A stretch of DNA of 64,000 nucleotides. It comes from a virus. Its lineage: Duplodnaviria > Caudoviricetes. Below, piece after piece: positions 40,401 through 50,271 of this stretch. The stretch spans positions 12,302 to 76,301 of the IMG/VR virus record IMGVR_UViG_3300023172_000022. One strand, given 5' to 3'. Position 1 is the stretch's first letter, and each line of letters opens with the position of its first letter. The notes below the pieces were generated by a model. The model was not told the DNA's origin, did not search any database, and saw only the letters and a list, made by a program, of their open reading frames with translations. The position numbers and the translations under genes are program-made.

Positions 40401-41702
40401 ACCTAAATCCATATTTGCCCTAAGCGCGTCCAAAAGGTTTTGATGTGTTCTGCCAGGATAATATTTAGTTCCAGTTGTATCTAATCCTTGATCTGGATAT
40501 GCAGTTAAATCTGTATTTGTGATTACATGTGCGTAACCTTCTTTTGTGACTGAATTAACCATTCCAGTGTAATCGGCAAAATTATTTCTTGCATATTCTT
40601 TGGCGTCAAGTTCAGTCGCAAATTCATATGATGCCATAGTTTTGACGCCACGATTGCCATTTTCATTAAAAAGATTTTTAACTTCTAATTGAAACGGTTT
40701 TACAGTATAATTTCCAGATTCCTCAAAAGTTCTTCTTGCCAAAGTATCTTCTATTACAGAATATTCAGTAGAGTTTGTAAAACTTTTTAAAACCCCATTT
40801 TTCAATTCAATTAACAAAACAAAATTAGAAGTATCTTTTGAATCGATAGCTCTTTTTACCAAATTCAAACGCATACGATATCTATCTGCGCCGGGCGCCT
40901 GAAAGTTTGTAGTACCTTGTGCATTATCAAGTAAAGAATTGTCCGTACTCGAAGTAATAATATCTTCGATAACTTCCAAACCTACTTTATATGTTGACAA
41001 ATTAGTGTATTTATCAAGTGCAATTGTTTGTGCAGCAACTATAGTCATAAATCCTTGAACATAATATATACCATCTTCGATTAGTGCCAAACAACCAAGA
41101 CCAGTAGGTCTTTCTGAAAGTGGCCTTACTTGACATTCATAGGTACTCTTATTTGGTTCAATTACTGTTTTGATAACCTCACCAGGCAAAAATTTACTAT
41201 TGGAACCAATCTCTAAATTAAATGCTGCGAGTGCTTCTGCTTGAGTTGTGTATGTGGTTCCGCCATCTGAAATTGCAGTAAAATTTGTTGATGATACATC
41301 ACTAACTCCAGATTGATATTTCAAATAAAGCGTATCAGGATCATCACTTGATGTGGTGCCTGTTTTACTTTCGGCATGAACAACTAATGCGCGAATTCCT
41401 GTTGTTCCACCAACAACAGTTCTGCCCACAAAGTCCTGTGGGGTGTTGTAACTGTTTGCACTATTAAAATCTATTTTAATAAAATCTGCTGCCAAGTCCA
41501 CTGATGGTGCGCCAGGGACAACCATCGCACCTTCCTTGAAAAAATGATTTGCCATTTTACTGACTTGATTCTGCAAAATGGTCTGTGTCTGAGTCAATTC
41601 TCTTGCTTGCACAGAATGTCCAGGCCTAAACAGAATTCTTAAATAACTTTTTTCTATATCGTAATCGTCATAATATGGAGTTATGTTGAAATTGGTTGCC
41701 AT
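34488..41702 (-). CDS. DUF4815/VrlC-like large baseplate structural protein (2404 aa)
   Basis: N-terminal NFNITPYYDD...RILFRPG.SVQARELTQ.Q.ILQNQ, APGADR, RYTMRDIGKLE.RI..LEYYT.LSLLE, DPIAQTF and C-terminal DLRIIAL motifs. Confidence 0.9.
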   Translation of the reverse strand: MATNFNITPYYDDYDIEKSYLRILFRPGHSVQARELTQTQTILQNQVSKMANHFFKEGAMVVPGAPSVDLAADFIKIDFNSANSYNTPQDFVGRTVVGGTTGIRALVVHAESKTGTTSSDDPDTLYLKYQSGVSDVSSTNFTAISDGGTTYTTQAEALAAFNLEIGSNSKFLPGEVIKTVIEPNKSTYECQVRPLSERPTGLGCLALIEDGIYYVQGFMTIVAAQTIALDKYTNLSTYKVGLEVIEDIITSSTDNSLLDNAQGTTNFQAPGADRYRMRLNLVKRAIDSKDTSNFVLLIELKNGVLKSFTNSTEYSVIEDTLARRTFEESGNYTVKPFQLEVKNLFNENGNRGVKTMASYEFATELDAKEYARNNFADYTGMVNSVTKEGYAHVITNTDLTAYPDQGLDTTGTKYYPGRTHQNLLDALRANMDLGIDSGKAYVQGYRINTIGKTHINYKRALDEKQENNVRLPVNLGNYIYVSDLMSLPKINDRAILVNTTWYQGNTYYYNTTTNGFVTTSDTTSELWPDTNAITTANIHQIDVVGTAKIKSIEYYAGDFENDYEKSLFATSGTITSPGSLPQGTNLIYKVYLYDVEFRTPEYVDAYTGLKKDRYSWEDVRGIAGTEYISQSSGNTSNLKPNFTGSVLSQYKLYNASAVVSGIDKKIIKSKDRPPSSSLPASLGIVYHTSEDNNILVKTLGYGNTVGTNAGFNSILTSNERIAFEDEVRSELSLTAQIYSHQNVFETGGSNIVKTGSKFVSSLRNVDEQTGSITNDTTYTLLKEYTASVTNQAATIVTSNLNESFYPIWSDSNDGYQIYTKTSGGATPTYGEIIDNQPKLSDTEFAGNIEVSFNSAVGNREITIEQIPLGISQIVLLAPTVISVPQEKTKTLVLGQVDLPYSLLDSSSGADLTKPTNPETITPTIMETDDKFGAEGDAIGTLGNSFNGTFSDANSVSYSLDYLQLKNSDISKLHAIYDTCHPWNVVFQTDIFGTVKYISDMTKEDFEFAYKAWSYYEATGVTNPYNLDPALYPDAPFAKEYNIAIAAGTPIPNTPAQAHGYNFGNGISQPAKILDITDSYDFDNGQRPGVLKLGQARLKPRETICAGRPVVVYDYFSHSSGDYASVNSYGNVDYRSIPKFEGNFLTDVLDFRPAVTATTNPDKVFLKVGETANNVYFPINETTVITDYRQYLPRKDKVILTKNGQFEVIYGASSMSPQYPKDPSEGMVLFKLSNRPFTLSPKDIIIEKVENKRYTMRDIGKLEKRINTLEYYTTLSLLEKETKDLVILDENGLDRFKNGFIVEPFVGHGIGDVFDPNYSIAVDGKKRLMRPKGDERNVNMVLTDVVSNNYEMHNGQIYLPFAGQSVVAQNTVSSKYVNPNPFAEAMYKGNLILSPSSDDWREVDRRPDLEINRDNMFDNFEFLANEMGILGTHWNSWQTTNVGEEIVSRVENERDENWNTLTWEDSVTESFNILTDQERTGRRVDLNSSIVTDSFGDRMISTEIIPFMREKRIFFTGSGMKETTKLYATFDGIDVSEFCTPIDEVVVDSLGQTALEILGQGVTDSRPNGMLFDFINRQLGVARLVGLTSGAERIVYGVEYVSTNSLRFFTTRTDEPLEGIDFQGTDPNAGEPMQLTIRGGEGSVLQGDLSMPVGRFLSEFDSATLRTNSNGVIRGFFDLPSSDNIRFRVGEKEFRLSDQPTPNSTDVGTEASAMFAASGFIDTKQETFVNTRVPNFTNTALSDNRTLIENDTRRVITGNGTLPAPVQETDSGSDGRGSDGRGALAAAATFFFFFDPIAQTFELDSTEAAGGCYLSSIDLFFQRIPTKDLTPIRVELRNVVNGYPGQMIIGEAAVLEPAWGVEIDETTGEASYVGQKIFTSADGSVATNFKFPSPVYVEEGTQVCFVVITDSVDYRLHVSRLGEQALDGSGIISKQPNAGVMFKSSNNQAWNAEQNEDIKFTLYRQEFDNSRPSEVYFVNSPKDDNSKIVQKVKLGKRSIETTKDSTLVKIHCPNHGIVDEVNYTNNFYVGIDGLLSTTIYGGTTDTGATSGIRGGKINGFHKVVAFDVDSFTIDINNQKQSTIQDHTNNLTSTDPAVLATQFGGSTQTYSRAPSDFVKTLWPLPGSSETASSSGRFDAVVDPYRTDIDSAYVLVNYRYDIICPQLTTTTYPNTSIRYQMKTTSGGSLGQTIYTPGVKDLLYRDFEPNENTFFKTPRLVSNSINEDWFAGQSNNVDRKSLVYKITLNSDVSHLSPMLDLQRVSATLISNRINNPLVVSNTPEEDLETSAQGGAGLAKYITREIKLANPATSINMRVAVSKPVDTDIDFYYKIKTSEGDIYREMPYVEFTKPQGFSNPTPDGSFIDYEFDVQNLEEFVSLGVKIVLKSNNTAVVPKVTDLRIIALAK

Positions 41703-41738
41703 GTTATTTCTTCTCTTTTAATATTTTTTTTATTCAAA

Positions 41739-43412
41739 TTAGAATTCAAATACAACTTTAATATCTTCGATTTGATCTACTGCCCGTGTGATTGGATGTC
41801 TATTTTCTACATATAAAACTTTTCCAGAACCACCTACAATATTAAATTGAGTATCACCATCGTTATATTCACTATTGGCAGGACCTCTGTATGTAGTTTG
41901 GGATGCAAGTTTGTTTGTATAAACATCCACTGGATCAGCAATAATACTTACCTGTCTAAATGCGGAAGTAGAACCAGTTACAGGGAAAACTGATTTTGTT
42001 ACCGAATTTCTTGTGTCTGGTTCATCATATTCCAGTTTGACTGCGACCATTGCATAGTAACCATTCAATTCTTCTACTGGATTATGACCATGACCAACTT
42101 CTGGTGAAATTTGTGGTTCAACTTTCGCAGAAGATACACTAGTTGGGTCGACTGTACCACGAACTTCGGCAGTAGCGTATGTATATCCACTACCAATATT
42201 AGTAATAATAATTTCAGAAACTTGATCTCCGGTCAAATGTGCATAAGCAGAAAATCCTGTTCCATCGCCGGTTGTAAGAACGACATTTGGCGCTATACTT
42301 ACTACGCCAGTGCCATCGCCCTCTCCAGCTGCAAAGGCACTTTCGATAGTTACGGTAGCTGTGTTTGTGTTTGAATCAAAAGACCAACCTGTAATTTTTC
42401 TTTGATTTGCAGTAGCAGCACCATCTTTCAGATAAACTAATGCATAATCTGTGTAATCACTAGCTGCAGCTGCGATATTTGCACCACCAGTTATTCCCAA
42501 TGATATTGTAGTTGTGCCTTCGCCTGGAGTAGTAGAAGATTCTACAATCATTGCATTGTAACCACTACCACCGGCATGGCCGCTATTATCGTTGTCGTCG
42601 ACAATATCAATCCACTCAATTGCGCCTGGAGATGCAGCTGCGTTTTGTTGGACTTGCCACTGTACATAGTCGGCAGAAGAAGTATCGGATGGAATTGAAG
42701 TGATATATTTTACTGGAAAATAATCTTTCGTTAGAAATTTTAATGCTTGATCTAATTTAATTGAATACATATATTTCCAAACATATCCATCGGTTGTGTG
42801 AATTAATGCGTTGCTTGTGCCTGTAGGTTTGACCGTAGATGCAGTTGGTTGCACACCTTGTGACGAATTAAGATATCTTTTGTTATTAATAACTTTATAG
42901 ACATTATACTGATTGTTTGCTTCCGTCAAAACATATGAATTTGGTATCACTTCTTCACTACTTTTATAATTATACATTGTATATTGTGTATTAGTAGTCC
43001 AATTGATTCTTGGAACTGCTAGGGTAATTGTGTCAGCATTAACTTTTTTCACAGCTGTAAGTGCGTTCTTTGCGGAATTTCTTCCAGAGATAGAATCTTC
43101 TGGAGTTGGCGGCAAATTATCATCCTCCCAAGATGTGTGTTTACCAATTCCCAAGAACAAATTATTAAAAATAGATTTGTTGTAAAATGCCCAGTTAACA
43201 CCACCATCACTGACAACACCAGTTACGTGAGTTGGTGCATTTGGTCCTGCTGTACCATCCGATACTGCAACATATAAATTTGATGCATTAAGAACTACTT
43301 GTCCTTCAGTATATGCTTCTCCAGTTGACCATAATGCAGTTTGTTCATTTACGGCCTCAATAAACTGTTGAGCATTAAAAATTCTAAGTTTATTGGTAAT
43401 TATTGCTGACAT
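41739..43412 (-). CDS. gp8: Baseplate wedge subunit gp8-like
   Basis: MSAIIT..LRI.NA..F, VPR.NW, DGYVWKYMY, P..GHG.NP..EL and C-terminal I.R..DQ.EDIK.V.EF. Confidence 0.9.
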   Translation of the reverse strand: MSAIITNKLRIFNAQQFIEAVNEQTALWSTGEAYTEGQVVLNASNLYVAVSDGTAGPNAPTHVTGVVSDGGVNWAFYNKSIFNNLFLGIGKHTSWEDDNLPPTPEDSISGRNSAKNALTAVKKVNADTITLAVPRINWTTNTQYTMYNYKSSEEVIPNSYVLTEANNQYNVYKVINNKRYLNSSQGVQPTASTVKPTGTSNALIHTTDGYVWKYMYSIKLDQALKFLTKDYFPVKYITSIPSDTSSADYVQWQVQQNAAASPGAIEWIDIVDDNDNSGHAGGSGYNAMIVESSTTPGEGTTTISLGITGGANIAAAASDYTDYALVYLKDGAATANQRKITGWSFDSNTNTATVTIESAFAAGEGDGTGVVSIAPNVVLTTGDGTGFSAYAHLTGDQVSEIIITNIGSGYTYATAEVRGTVDPTSVSSAKVEPQISPEVGHGHNPVEELNGYYAMVAVKLEYDEPDTRNSVTKSVFPVTGSTSAFRQVSIIADPVDVYTNKLASQTTYRGPANSEYNDGDTQFNIVGGSGKVLYVENRHPITRAVDQIEDIKVVFEF

Positions 43413-43452
43413 GACGTTACCCTTTGTCGGTTGTGTATTAATTTGTTTCTTT

Positions 43453-43460
43453 TATTTATA
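43453..43460 (-). promoter_or_regulatory. T4-type late promoter TATAAATA
   Basis: Exact intergenic consensus. Confidence 0.8.
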
Positions 43461-43474
43461 ATATTTTTTATCGC

Positions 43475-46400
43475 CTAAATTTGTTCAAGAGAATTTAACT
43501 CATTCCAAGTAGTAGGAGCACTGGAATATGCCGTTGTAATAGATTCGTGAGCTATGTTGGTTTTAATGTTTGATTTATTTTCAATATTTTCGATTGTTTC
43601 TAAATACAACTCATTATCGATGCTCTGTGGAGTTTGATTGAATTTCATTCTCTCCACAGAATTATAATTCATACCACTATTTAATCTATTGTTAGGGTCT
43701 TTTGGTGTAGTTACTCGCATAATTTTTGGATAAACATTAATCTCAGAATCTAAGTTTATATTTTGACCACGATCGTATGAATCTACAATCTGGCCCCAAA
43801 TCATTTCATAGAATTCGTGCGACTCTAGACTTGAATATGGATTTCTAGATGTTACATAACCATATTCTTCTTCACCATTTGGATTTTGTTGAACTCTCAC
43901 AATACCAGCAAGAGTTTTCTTTTGTGGGTGTAATTCTGCCTCATCTTCACTACTAAATCTATATCTGACTAATTTTTCGAAAGGAATTTCTCTGTCAAAT
44001 CTGAATTTAATTCTATCCAAACTTCTATACTGATTACTCAATGATGGAACTTCTTCACCAATAGAATCTATCATAATTACGAATTTTTCATCTCTTGGAT
44101 CCGCACCATCTCTAATCGCACCAACCCAATATCTATTGACTCTTTCAACATTTCCCCTAAAAACCTTGTCCCATCTAAATTCGACTTTATCGCCAGGGGT
44201 CGCACTCAGAGAACATACACCAAAACTTGTTAAATGTGTAACTTCAAATTCTACATATAAATCATTTTCGTAATGTGTGGTGTCAATCACTTTGAATTTT
44301 GCAAATGGTCTAGTTGTTTCATCTGTAATATCTATATCATAAATTGTGAAGTTTCTCTGTACAGTATTTTCTGTATAAAATTTAGTCAAGTCAAGTCCAT
44401 TTTCATCTCTTACATTTACAAGGACATATTTTATTTCACTCCAATTTGATGCTGTTGGAATTGGATCTCTATTAACATCTAAAAGTTTATATCTACCATC
44501 TCCAGTATCAACTGTTTGTCCCACAGGCGTGTCGTCACCTACACCAGACATTGGGCCCCCTGTTTGATAATTATCGTATACAAAGGTATATCCATGAGAA
44601 AGAAGATCATTAACATTAATAGGCGTCGAGTCTGAGCCTGTCCATCTACCCAAACCATCCATGTTTTTAACACTAACGTCTGCATTTTTTACAATTTCAA
44701 ACAAAAACTGCAAATACAGACTTTGTAGCTTTTTAGGTTCGGGGTTTGATATAAGATTCACCTCACCAAACATCATTAACCCTGATGGGTGCAACAATTT
44801 CTTTACGATATAACGCCACTGATCGATATTTCTGGAAGTTCTCAATACATAAGAATAATCCTGCCACAAGTAACCATCTTGAATTCTGTTTTCGTCAGAC
44901 AAAAATCCTTTGTCGTTAAAAAAGAATCCATCTCTTTTTAGCAAAGGTCCCAAAATTGGAGTAATTTGCGCGTTACCGTCGCCCAAGGTTGATAAATCTA
45001 TAGTGGGCGCAACGGTATATCCAACCCCAAAACCATCAGAAGCAGAATCTGGAGAATTTGTAATTTTAATTTCTGATATAGAACCAATATTACTACCTTT
45101 GGGTTGAAGTATTGCGTTCGTTCCAATAGAATTGTATCCAGATGTAGAATTTGATATCGATGCAAATGGAAATTTTTCATAACCATCACCACCACTATAG
45201 ACATCAATCTTTACTATTGGCCCATGTGGATGATTGATAAAATCCATTTTTACAGTCCAATTATCAGGTACAATAAATGGTTCGGCTGCCAATCCATACT
45301 GCGCGATCTGACTTGAAATTGTTGATGCAAAACTACTGTTGTCTGTCCAATTGTTTACATCAGGTTCTGATGTTAACTTAAATATTACTAATCTGTCATT
45401 AACTACGTCAAAATAATACTGAGCTGGCCGATTAGTTTCTTTTGTAATATGATATGCACTATAAAAGTTTTGAATTGGATCTAATTCCCAAGATTTAATA
45501 TATGTAGTACCAGAAGAAGTATATTCTGTATATCTTTCATCAGAAGTTACTCTAAAAGAACTATAATGGCCTAAATTATAATCGTAATAAGAACCAGACG
45601 GACTTAAAGAACTACCAAGGGTAACTAGATAAGAGTCGAGAGATTCAAACATTGCAGTATATGCATCTTCGCCATTCAATCCATTAAACAAAATATTTGA
45701 CCAAGTGGATGCATCTTGACTATGACATGCGTATCCCCATTGTGATGAACCACTAAACAAACTGGCCCAAGAATAACCATCATCAACCAATTCCGAAAGA
45801 CTGAATGTAAATTCAGTATTTACATCTATGTTACTATTATCAGTTTCTACTGAAGTTGTAAATTGAGAAACCGAGGTAGTAAATGTGTCTCCATTTCTTA
45901 TTGCTCTTAGTCTACTATAAAGTCCTGCCCAACCTCCAGACTGCGCGGGCGCAAGAGAATTACCATTAAACACCACCACTTGATCCGCCTGCAAATAGTT
46001 ATAGACAACTTGATATCCCCCCGTATTCAACATACCACCTTGAGCTCTTAGTAGAGATAATGTATGTTCTTTACCATCATCATCAATTACAAACGCAATA
46101 ACTAAACCAATAGTATCATCGTCCGTAGAGGTTGAAGAAATTGTAGCAGAAAAATCGTATTCAGAAAACTTTTCAGATTCTAATGAATAAAAACCAACAT
46201 ATGTGCTTGTGTTTGCTGTACAAACAATTGTATCATTAGCGGAATTATAAACAAAAGCCGTTGTTTCGCCCGCATTTGCTGGATAAGTTCCACTAGAATT
46301 GTGCGAAAATCTATTCCATGTATTAAAAACGGTTTGTCTGGTTGGTGCAGATTGGATAAACCCACCAGCAAGAATTTTTCTTTCACCGTTTATATGCAAT

Positions 46401-48382
46401 TTTATTTCTGTTTCGCTTACATATAATGAAATATGATTCCACTGTCCCTCCCAATCAACTGGCACCGGAGCCGTGTATTCTGTGCCAGAAATCTCTACAA
46501 TAAGATTTCCTGTTTTTGCTGTGCCGGAACCTTCTTCAATAATTCTAATACTATTAGCATTAAATGCAACATCGTTAAGTGCAAAAAGAGTTCCACCAGT
46601 ATCTGTGCCGTTGATATCATCTGGATAAATCCAAAAATCTACACTAAAACTATCTAAAGAATCTTTCAAATGGTCTTTATACAAATCTGATAAAAGAATA
46701 TATCCATTTTCTCCTTTTGCAGATTTAGAACCCCACTTTGGTCCACCAGCCGGATTAATTAAATTTACGCCGTATCTGAAGCTTTCTTGTTCAAATTTCG
46801 AATCCACAAACCCACTACCATTTTCATGTACATTTTCAAAATCTAAAAATATTAAAACGTCATCCCATTTGTGATCTGTGTTAGAAATCGTGACTTTTCT
46901 ATCCCTAGAATACGAATCTGAATAATCAATACTAGGATAATCAGACAAACTATAATAAAAAGATGGATTGTCTTCGTCTTGAACCCAAGAAACAGTTTCT
47001 GTTGTAAATTCATTTGGTTCAACAGCACTTATGTAGGCAGATGCGGCAGAACCAGAGCCATATGAACCTATAGAAACCTGTTCTCCTGTGATATAGTTAC
47101 TACCACCAGAAATAATTTCAACAGCTTCGACTGGTCCTTTTGATGTGTTAGATATTTTCGCAGATAATCCAACTCCATCGCCGGGGTCTGAAATATATTG
47201 ATTTAAATAGAAATTGTTTGGATAATTTGAACCACCATTATCAATATCAAAACCAACAATACAATCATACAAAGTTTCTGTAATTGTTACACCATTACTC
47301 ATGAGTATTTCTATTTCTTCTCTTGATGTAAAAGTGCCAAAAACGTGAGTAACAAAATATTCCCTAACTGGCGAATCTGAAATACTAAATTCCAAAAATC
47401 TTTCAACTGTTGCACTTGCACCACTAGTCTTTCCCACAATTCTAACTGGATTACTAACAGTTTTGTTACTAGGTATAGTACGAACACTTCTCTCTTCGAC
47501 CCAAGTATTGTCGCTTGGTTTCATAATATTGTCTTTTGGATAATAAAATTCTACATCTTCGTTGAATAAAGATCTAAACAAAAATTGATACGAACTTTCA
47601 GAACCTTTTGATTGATAAAATTCTTTCATCAATTTTAAAAAAAGCTTTTTGTTTGAGTATTTTGTTTTTTTATATTTTTTGTTTATAAATTCTTGAGTGA
47701 CACCAGATTTCTTGCGAAGATGATAGGCAATTTTGATAATTGTTTGTTCGGGCAATGGTTTTAAGGTGCCTGGGTCAACATCGGGACTGGGGTCTACAAA
47801 TTTTATTTCTTTATTGCTATCATCTAATACATAATCTGTACCTTCAGTCAATAAAGTGTAATCGGTCGGAAAGGTATATTCATCAAGCAAATCTGCTAAT
47901 CCAGAAGTGCCGGATTGTGAACTGGCATCGACACTATAAACTTTTATTTCAACCGCACTCGTATCAAAATCTCGAATTTCGTAATATACGGGACTATAAT
48001 ATGACAATGGAAAGACCGAATTTACACCACCAGACAAATAATTATCATACTCTATATACTCTAACTTAGAATCCGAATCCCCAGAAAAATTCAAGGCCGC
48101 TCGTAAATCAGTCGTTAGTTCTTCCCTATCTTTGATTCGAGAAAACTGTGGAAAATCCTTTGCAAGAACATTCTGATATTCATCAACAAAAATATCTAAA
48201 GTTTCATCCAAATCACTAAAATTTTCTATTTGATTTCCAATTGCGGCAGGATTTCTGTCACTTTCTAACCATTTATAGTAAAGTTCGATAAAATGAACAA
48301 ATTGTTGATAATCTTCGTCCGATTTCAAATAAAACGGAAGTTGATCGACAACACTAGCTGATATTTTTTTGTGTTCTCTCAT
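43475..48382 (-). CDS. gp7: Baseplate wedge gp7-like protein with inserted LamG/lectin domains
   Basis: F..F...YY.WLE, FYQSKGS..SY.FLFR.LF, IQD...WQDYSYV...W...VK.L.HP.G..MFGE; lies between gp6 and gp8. Confidence 0.8.
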   Translation of the reverse strand: MREHKKISASVVDQLPFYLKSDEDYQQFVHFIELYYKWLESDRNPAAIGNQIENFSDLDETLDIFVDEYQNVLAKDFPQFSRIKDREELTTDLRAALNFSGDSDSKLEYIEYDNYLSGGVNSVFPLSYYSPVYYEIRDFDTSAVEIKVYSVDASSQSGTSGLADLLDEYTFPTDYTLLTEGTDYVLDDSNKEIKFVDPSPDVDPGTLKPLPEQTIIKIAYHLRKKSGVTQEFINKKYKKTKYSNKKLFLKLMKEFYQSKGSESSYQFLFRSLFNEDVEFYYPKDNIMKPSDNTWVEERSVRTIPSNKTVSNPVRIVGKTSGASATVERFLEFSISDSPVREYFVTHVFGTFTSREEIEILMSNGVTITETLYDCIVGFDIDNGGSNYPNNFYLNQYISDPGDGVGLSAKISNTSKGPVEAVEIISGGSNYITGEQVSIGSYGSGSAASAYISAVEPNEFTTETVSWVQDEDNPSFYYSLSDYPSIDYSDSYSRDRKVTISNTDHKWDDVLIFLDFENVHENGSGFVDSKFEQESFRYGVNLINPAGGPKWGSKSAKGENGYILLSDLYKDHLKDSLDSFSVDFWIYPDDINGTDTGGTLFALNDVAFNANSIRIIEEGSGTAKTGNLIVEISGTEYTAPVPVDWEGQWNHISLYVSETEIKLHINGERKILAGGFIQSAPTRQTVFNTWNRFSHNSSGTYPANAGETTAFVYNSANDTIVCTANTSTYVGFYSLESEKFSEYDFSATISSTSTDDDTIGLVIAFVIDDDGKEHTLSLLRAQGGMLNTGGYQVVYNYLQADQVVVFNGNSLAPAQSGGWAGLYSRLRAIRNGDTFTTSVSQFTTSVETDNSNIDVNTEFTFSLSELVDDGYSWASLFSGSSQWGYACHSQDASTWSNILFNGLNGEDAYTAMFESLDSYLVTLGSSLSPSGSYYDYNLGHYSSFRVTSDERYTEYTSSGTTYIKSWELDPIQNFYSAYHITKETNRPAQYYFDVVNDRLVIFKLTSEPDVNNWTDNSSFASTISSQIAQYGLAAEPFIVPDNWTVKMDFINHPHGPIVKIDVYSGGDGYEKFPFASISNSTSGYNSIGTNAILQPKGSNIGSISEIKITNSPDSASDGFGVGYTVAPTIDLSTLGDGNAQITPILGPLLKRDGFFFNDKGFLSDENRIQDGYLWQDYSYVLRTSRNIDQWRYIVKKLLHPSGLMMFGEVNLISNPEPKKLQSLYLQFLFEIVKNADVSVKNMDGLGRWTGSDSTPINVNDLLSHGYTFVYDNYQTGGPMSGVGDDTPVGQTVDTGDGRYKLLDVNRDPIPTASNWSEIKYVLVNVRDENGLDLTKFYTENTVQRNFTIYDIDITDETTRPFAKFKVIDTTHYENDLYVEFEVTHLTSFGVCSLSATPGDKVEFRWDKVFRGNVERVNRYWVGAIRDGADPRDEKFVIMIDSIGEEVPSLSNQYRSLDRIKFRFDREIPFEKLVRYRFSSEDEAELHPQKKTLAGIVRVQQNPNGEEEYGYVTSRNPYSSLESHEFYEMIWGQIVDSYDRGQNINLDSEINVYPKIMRVTTPKDPNNRLNSGMNYNSVERMKFNQTPQSIDNELYLETIENIENKSNIKTNIAHESITTAYSSAPTTWNELNSLEQI

Positions 48383-48390
48383 GACGAGTC

Positions 48391-50271
48391 CTAATTATTT
48401 CTTATGGTTTTTACATTTTGAGTTGTAATATCATAATTATTATTATAATCATCTGTATCTTCTTCAACCGTCACTGTCACATCTTCTTTTAAAATTACAA
48501 GGACTTGATTTCTTCTTGGAAATACATCAAGTCCGGCCGGTACGCATTCGAGTCTAAAAACTTCCAATGAACCCTCGACGGCCTCAATATTTACCGGATC
48601 AATATTTATTGTGCCAGTTTCGTAATTTACACTACCAGTAATTTTAGTTGAATATATTTTTTTATCATTCACATCAAAGGTGTAAAATTTTAATTTTCCA
48701 TCATAATTTGAAGTTTCTTCTACATAGTAAATTCTAGTATCTCCTACAACTCTAACACCAACAGATTTTATACTACCTTTTTTAATTTTATTGTTGAAAT
48801 TAAAAACATAAAATGCAGATGTATTAAACAAAACTGTCTGTTCATTTATAAGTCCAACGTAAGTTTCATTATTCGTGATCGATTGATCCAGAGTATCTAT
48901 CCAATTTACAAAATTAGAGTATCTAAAATAATCATTGAAATCGTCTAGATATTTTTTACTGAAAGAAACAATACCATTAGAAACAATATTTTTAATATCC
49001 GATTGACTGAGAGATGTAGTTTCATTATCATACTGAACTGTAGTATTAATTTTCAACTTTGTATATTCTGCATCAACTATTTGTGGTTCGATTGAGAGAA
49101 CAGAATAATCTTTTCTAAGTTTTTTTCTAATTTCTTCTTTTGTATACTCAGAAAGAAAAAATCCAGTATCTGGACGAATTGAAATATACACTCTACCATA
49201 AGTGGGTGGAATATTATCTTCTCCACCCCATATGTTTAATGATTGAGTTGAAGGATAAATTTGTGGGATAATAGTTTTATAGTCATTAACAGTGACGGCT
49301 CTACCTTGTCCGCCAAAAGTTTTTGGTGCGTGAAATTTTATAGATTCAATATCCTCTTCGTCGGCACCACCAGCACTTCTACTAACAACTTCGATACTAT
49401 CAAGTATTTCATAATTACTAATTTTGCCCTTTGCATCAATTTTTACTATTTCATTGCCAGCAGATCCGGAAGTTGTTAAATAATTTATTTCTATCATTTG
49501 TCCAGACTCTATTTGAGCCCCTAAGACACCATCCCCAAAATAAATTTCATAATTACCACCTCTACCTTCTTGAAGGAAAAACGCCTTCTCAAGTTCAGAT
49601 AATTTCATATTATCATTAGATCTTTTAAACTCTTGTTTTTCTGGAAAATCTGGATTATCGTATACAAAAACTGTAATTGTACTAGTATCTACATCACTAT
49701 TTGTCAATAAATACCTTTGATTTGGATCATTTGTATTTACAATATAATTTTCCGTTACATATGTACCTTGAATTAAAACAACATCTTTAACCGAAAAAAC
49801 ATTTGTAAAAGTGCCATCAGATCTTGCCAAAGATGAAACTTTCGGCACTATTACATTGTTTTTTGGTCTGAATTTATAAGATATTCCATCTTTTGTTGCA
49901 GTAAATTCGAAATCTTTATTTAACATGAAAGTTTCATATACATTACTAGAAGATTTTGGTACTGTACCTTGAAATTCTAAATTTACAACCATCTCTGCGG
50001 CCTTTTTTGACCTTGGGGTATAATTTAGCATTTTTGCTTTAGATACAACATTATCTCTAATTCTAGCGGTATCCAAAAACATTTCGTTAGAAATGGCATT
50101 CATATAATATGAATTAATATGAGTGTTAGTTGCAAGAATATCGATAAGAGTATTCAAACCAGACGCTTGAAAATCGTAATCTTTGAATTCTTTTTTGGAA
50201 CTCATATAATTTATAATACTAGTTTTTATTTCTTCAAAGTCTAATTCTGTAATTTCTATTGTCTTTGCCAT
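48391..50271 (-). CDS. gp6: Baseplate wedge subunit gp6
   Basis: ELDFE.IK...F.DYDF..SGL..LID.LA.NTH, EMFLDTA..R..VVS.AK.L.Y.P, FGDG..G, RAVT..DY and WGGED..PP.YG.V.ISI.P. Confidence 0.95.
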   Translation of the reverse strand: MAKTIEITELDFEEIKTSIINYMSSKKEFKDYDFQASGLNTLIDILATNTHINSYYMNAISNEMFLDTARIRDNVVSKAKMLNYTPRSKKAAEMVVNLEFQGTVPKSSSNVYETFMLNKDFEFTATKDGISYKFRPKNNVIVPKVSSLARSDGTFTNVFSVKDVVLIQGTYVTENYIVNTNDPNQRYLLTNSDVDTSTITVFVYDNPDFPEKQEFKRSNDNMKLSELEKAFFLQEGRGGNYEIYFGDGVLGAQIESGQMIEINYLTTSGSAGNEIVKIDAKGKISNYEILDSIEVVSRSAGGADEEDIESIKFHAPKTFGGQGRAVTVNDYKTIIPQIYPSTQSLNIWGGEDNIPPTYGRVYISIRPDTGFFLSEYTKEEIRKKLRKDYSVLSIEPQIVDAEYTKLKINTTVQYDNETTSLSQSDIKNIVSNGIVSFSKKYLDDFNDYFRYSNFVNWIDTLDQSITNNETYVGLINEQTVLFNTSAFYVFNFNNKIKKGSIKSVGVRVVGDTRIYYVEETSNYDGKLKFYTFDVNDKKIYSTKITGSVNYETGTINIDPVNIEAVEGSLEVFRLECVPAGLDVFPRRNQVLVILKEDVTVTVEEDTDDYNNNYDITTQNVKTIRNN

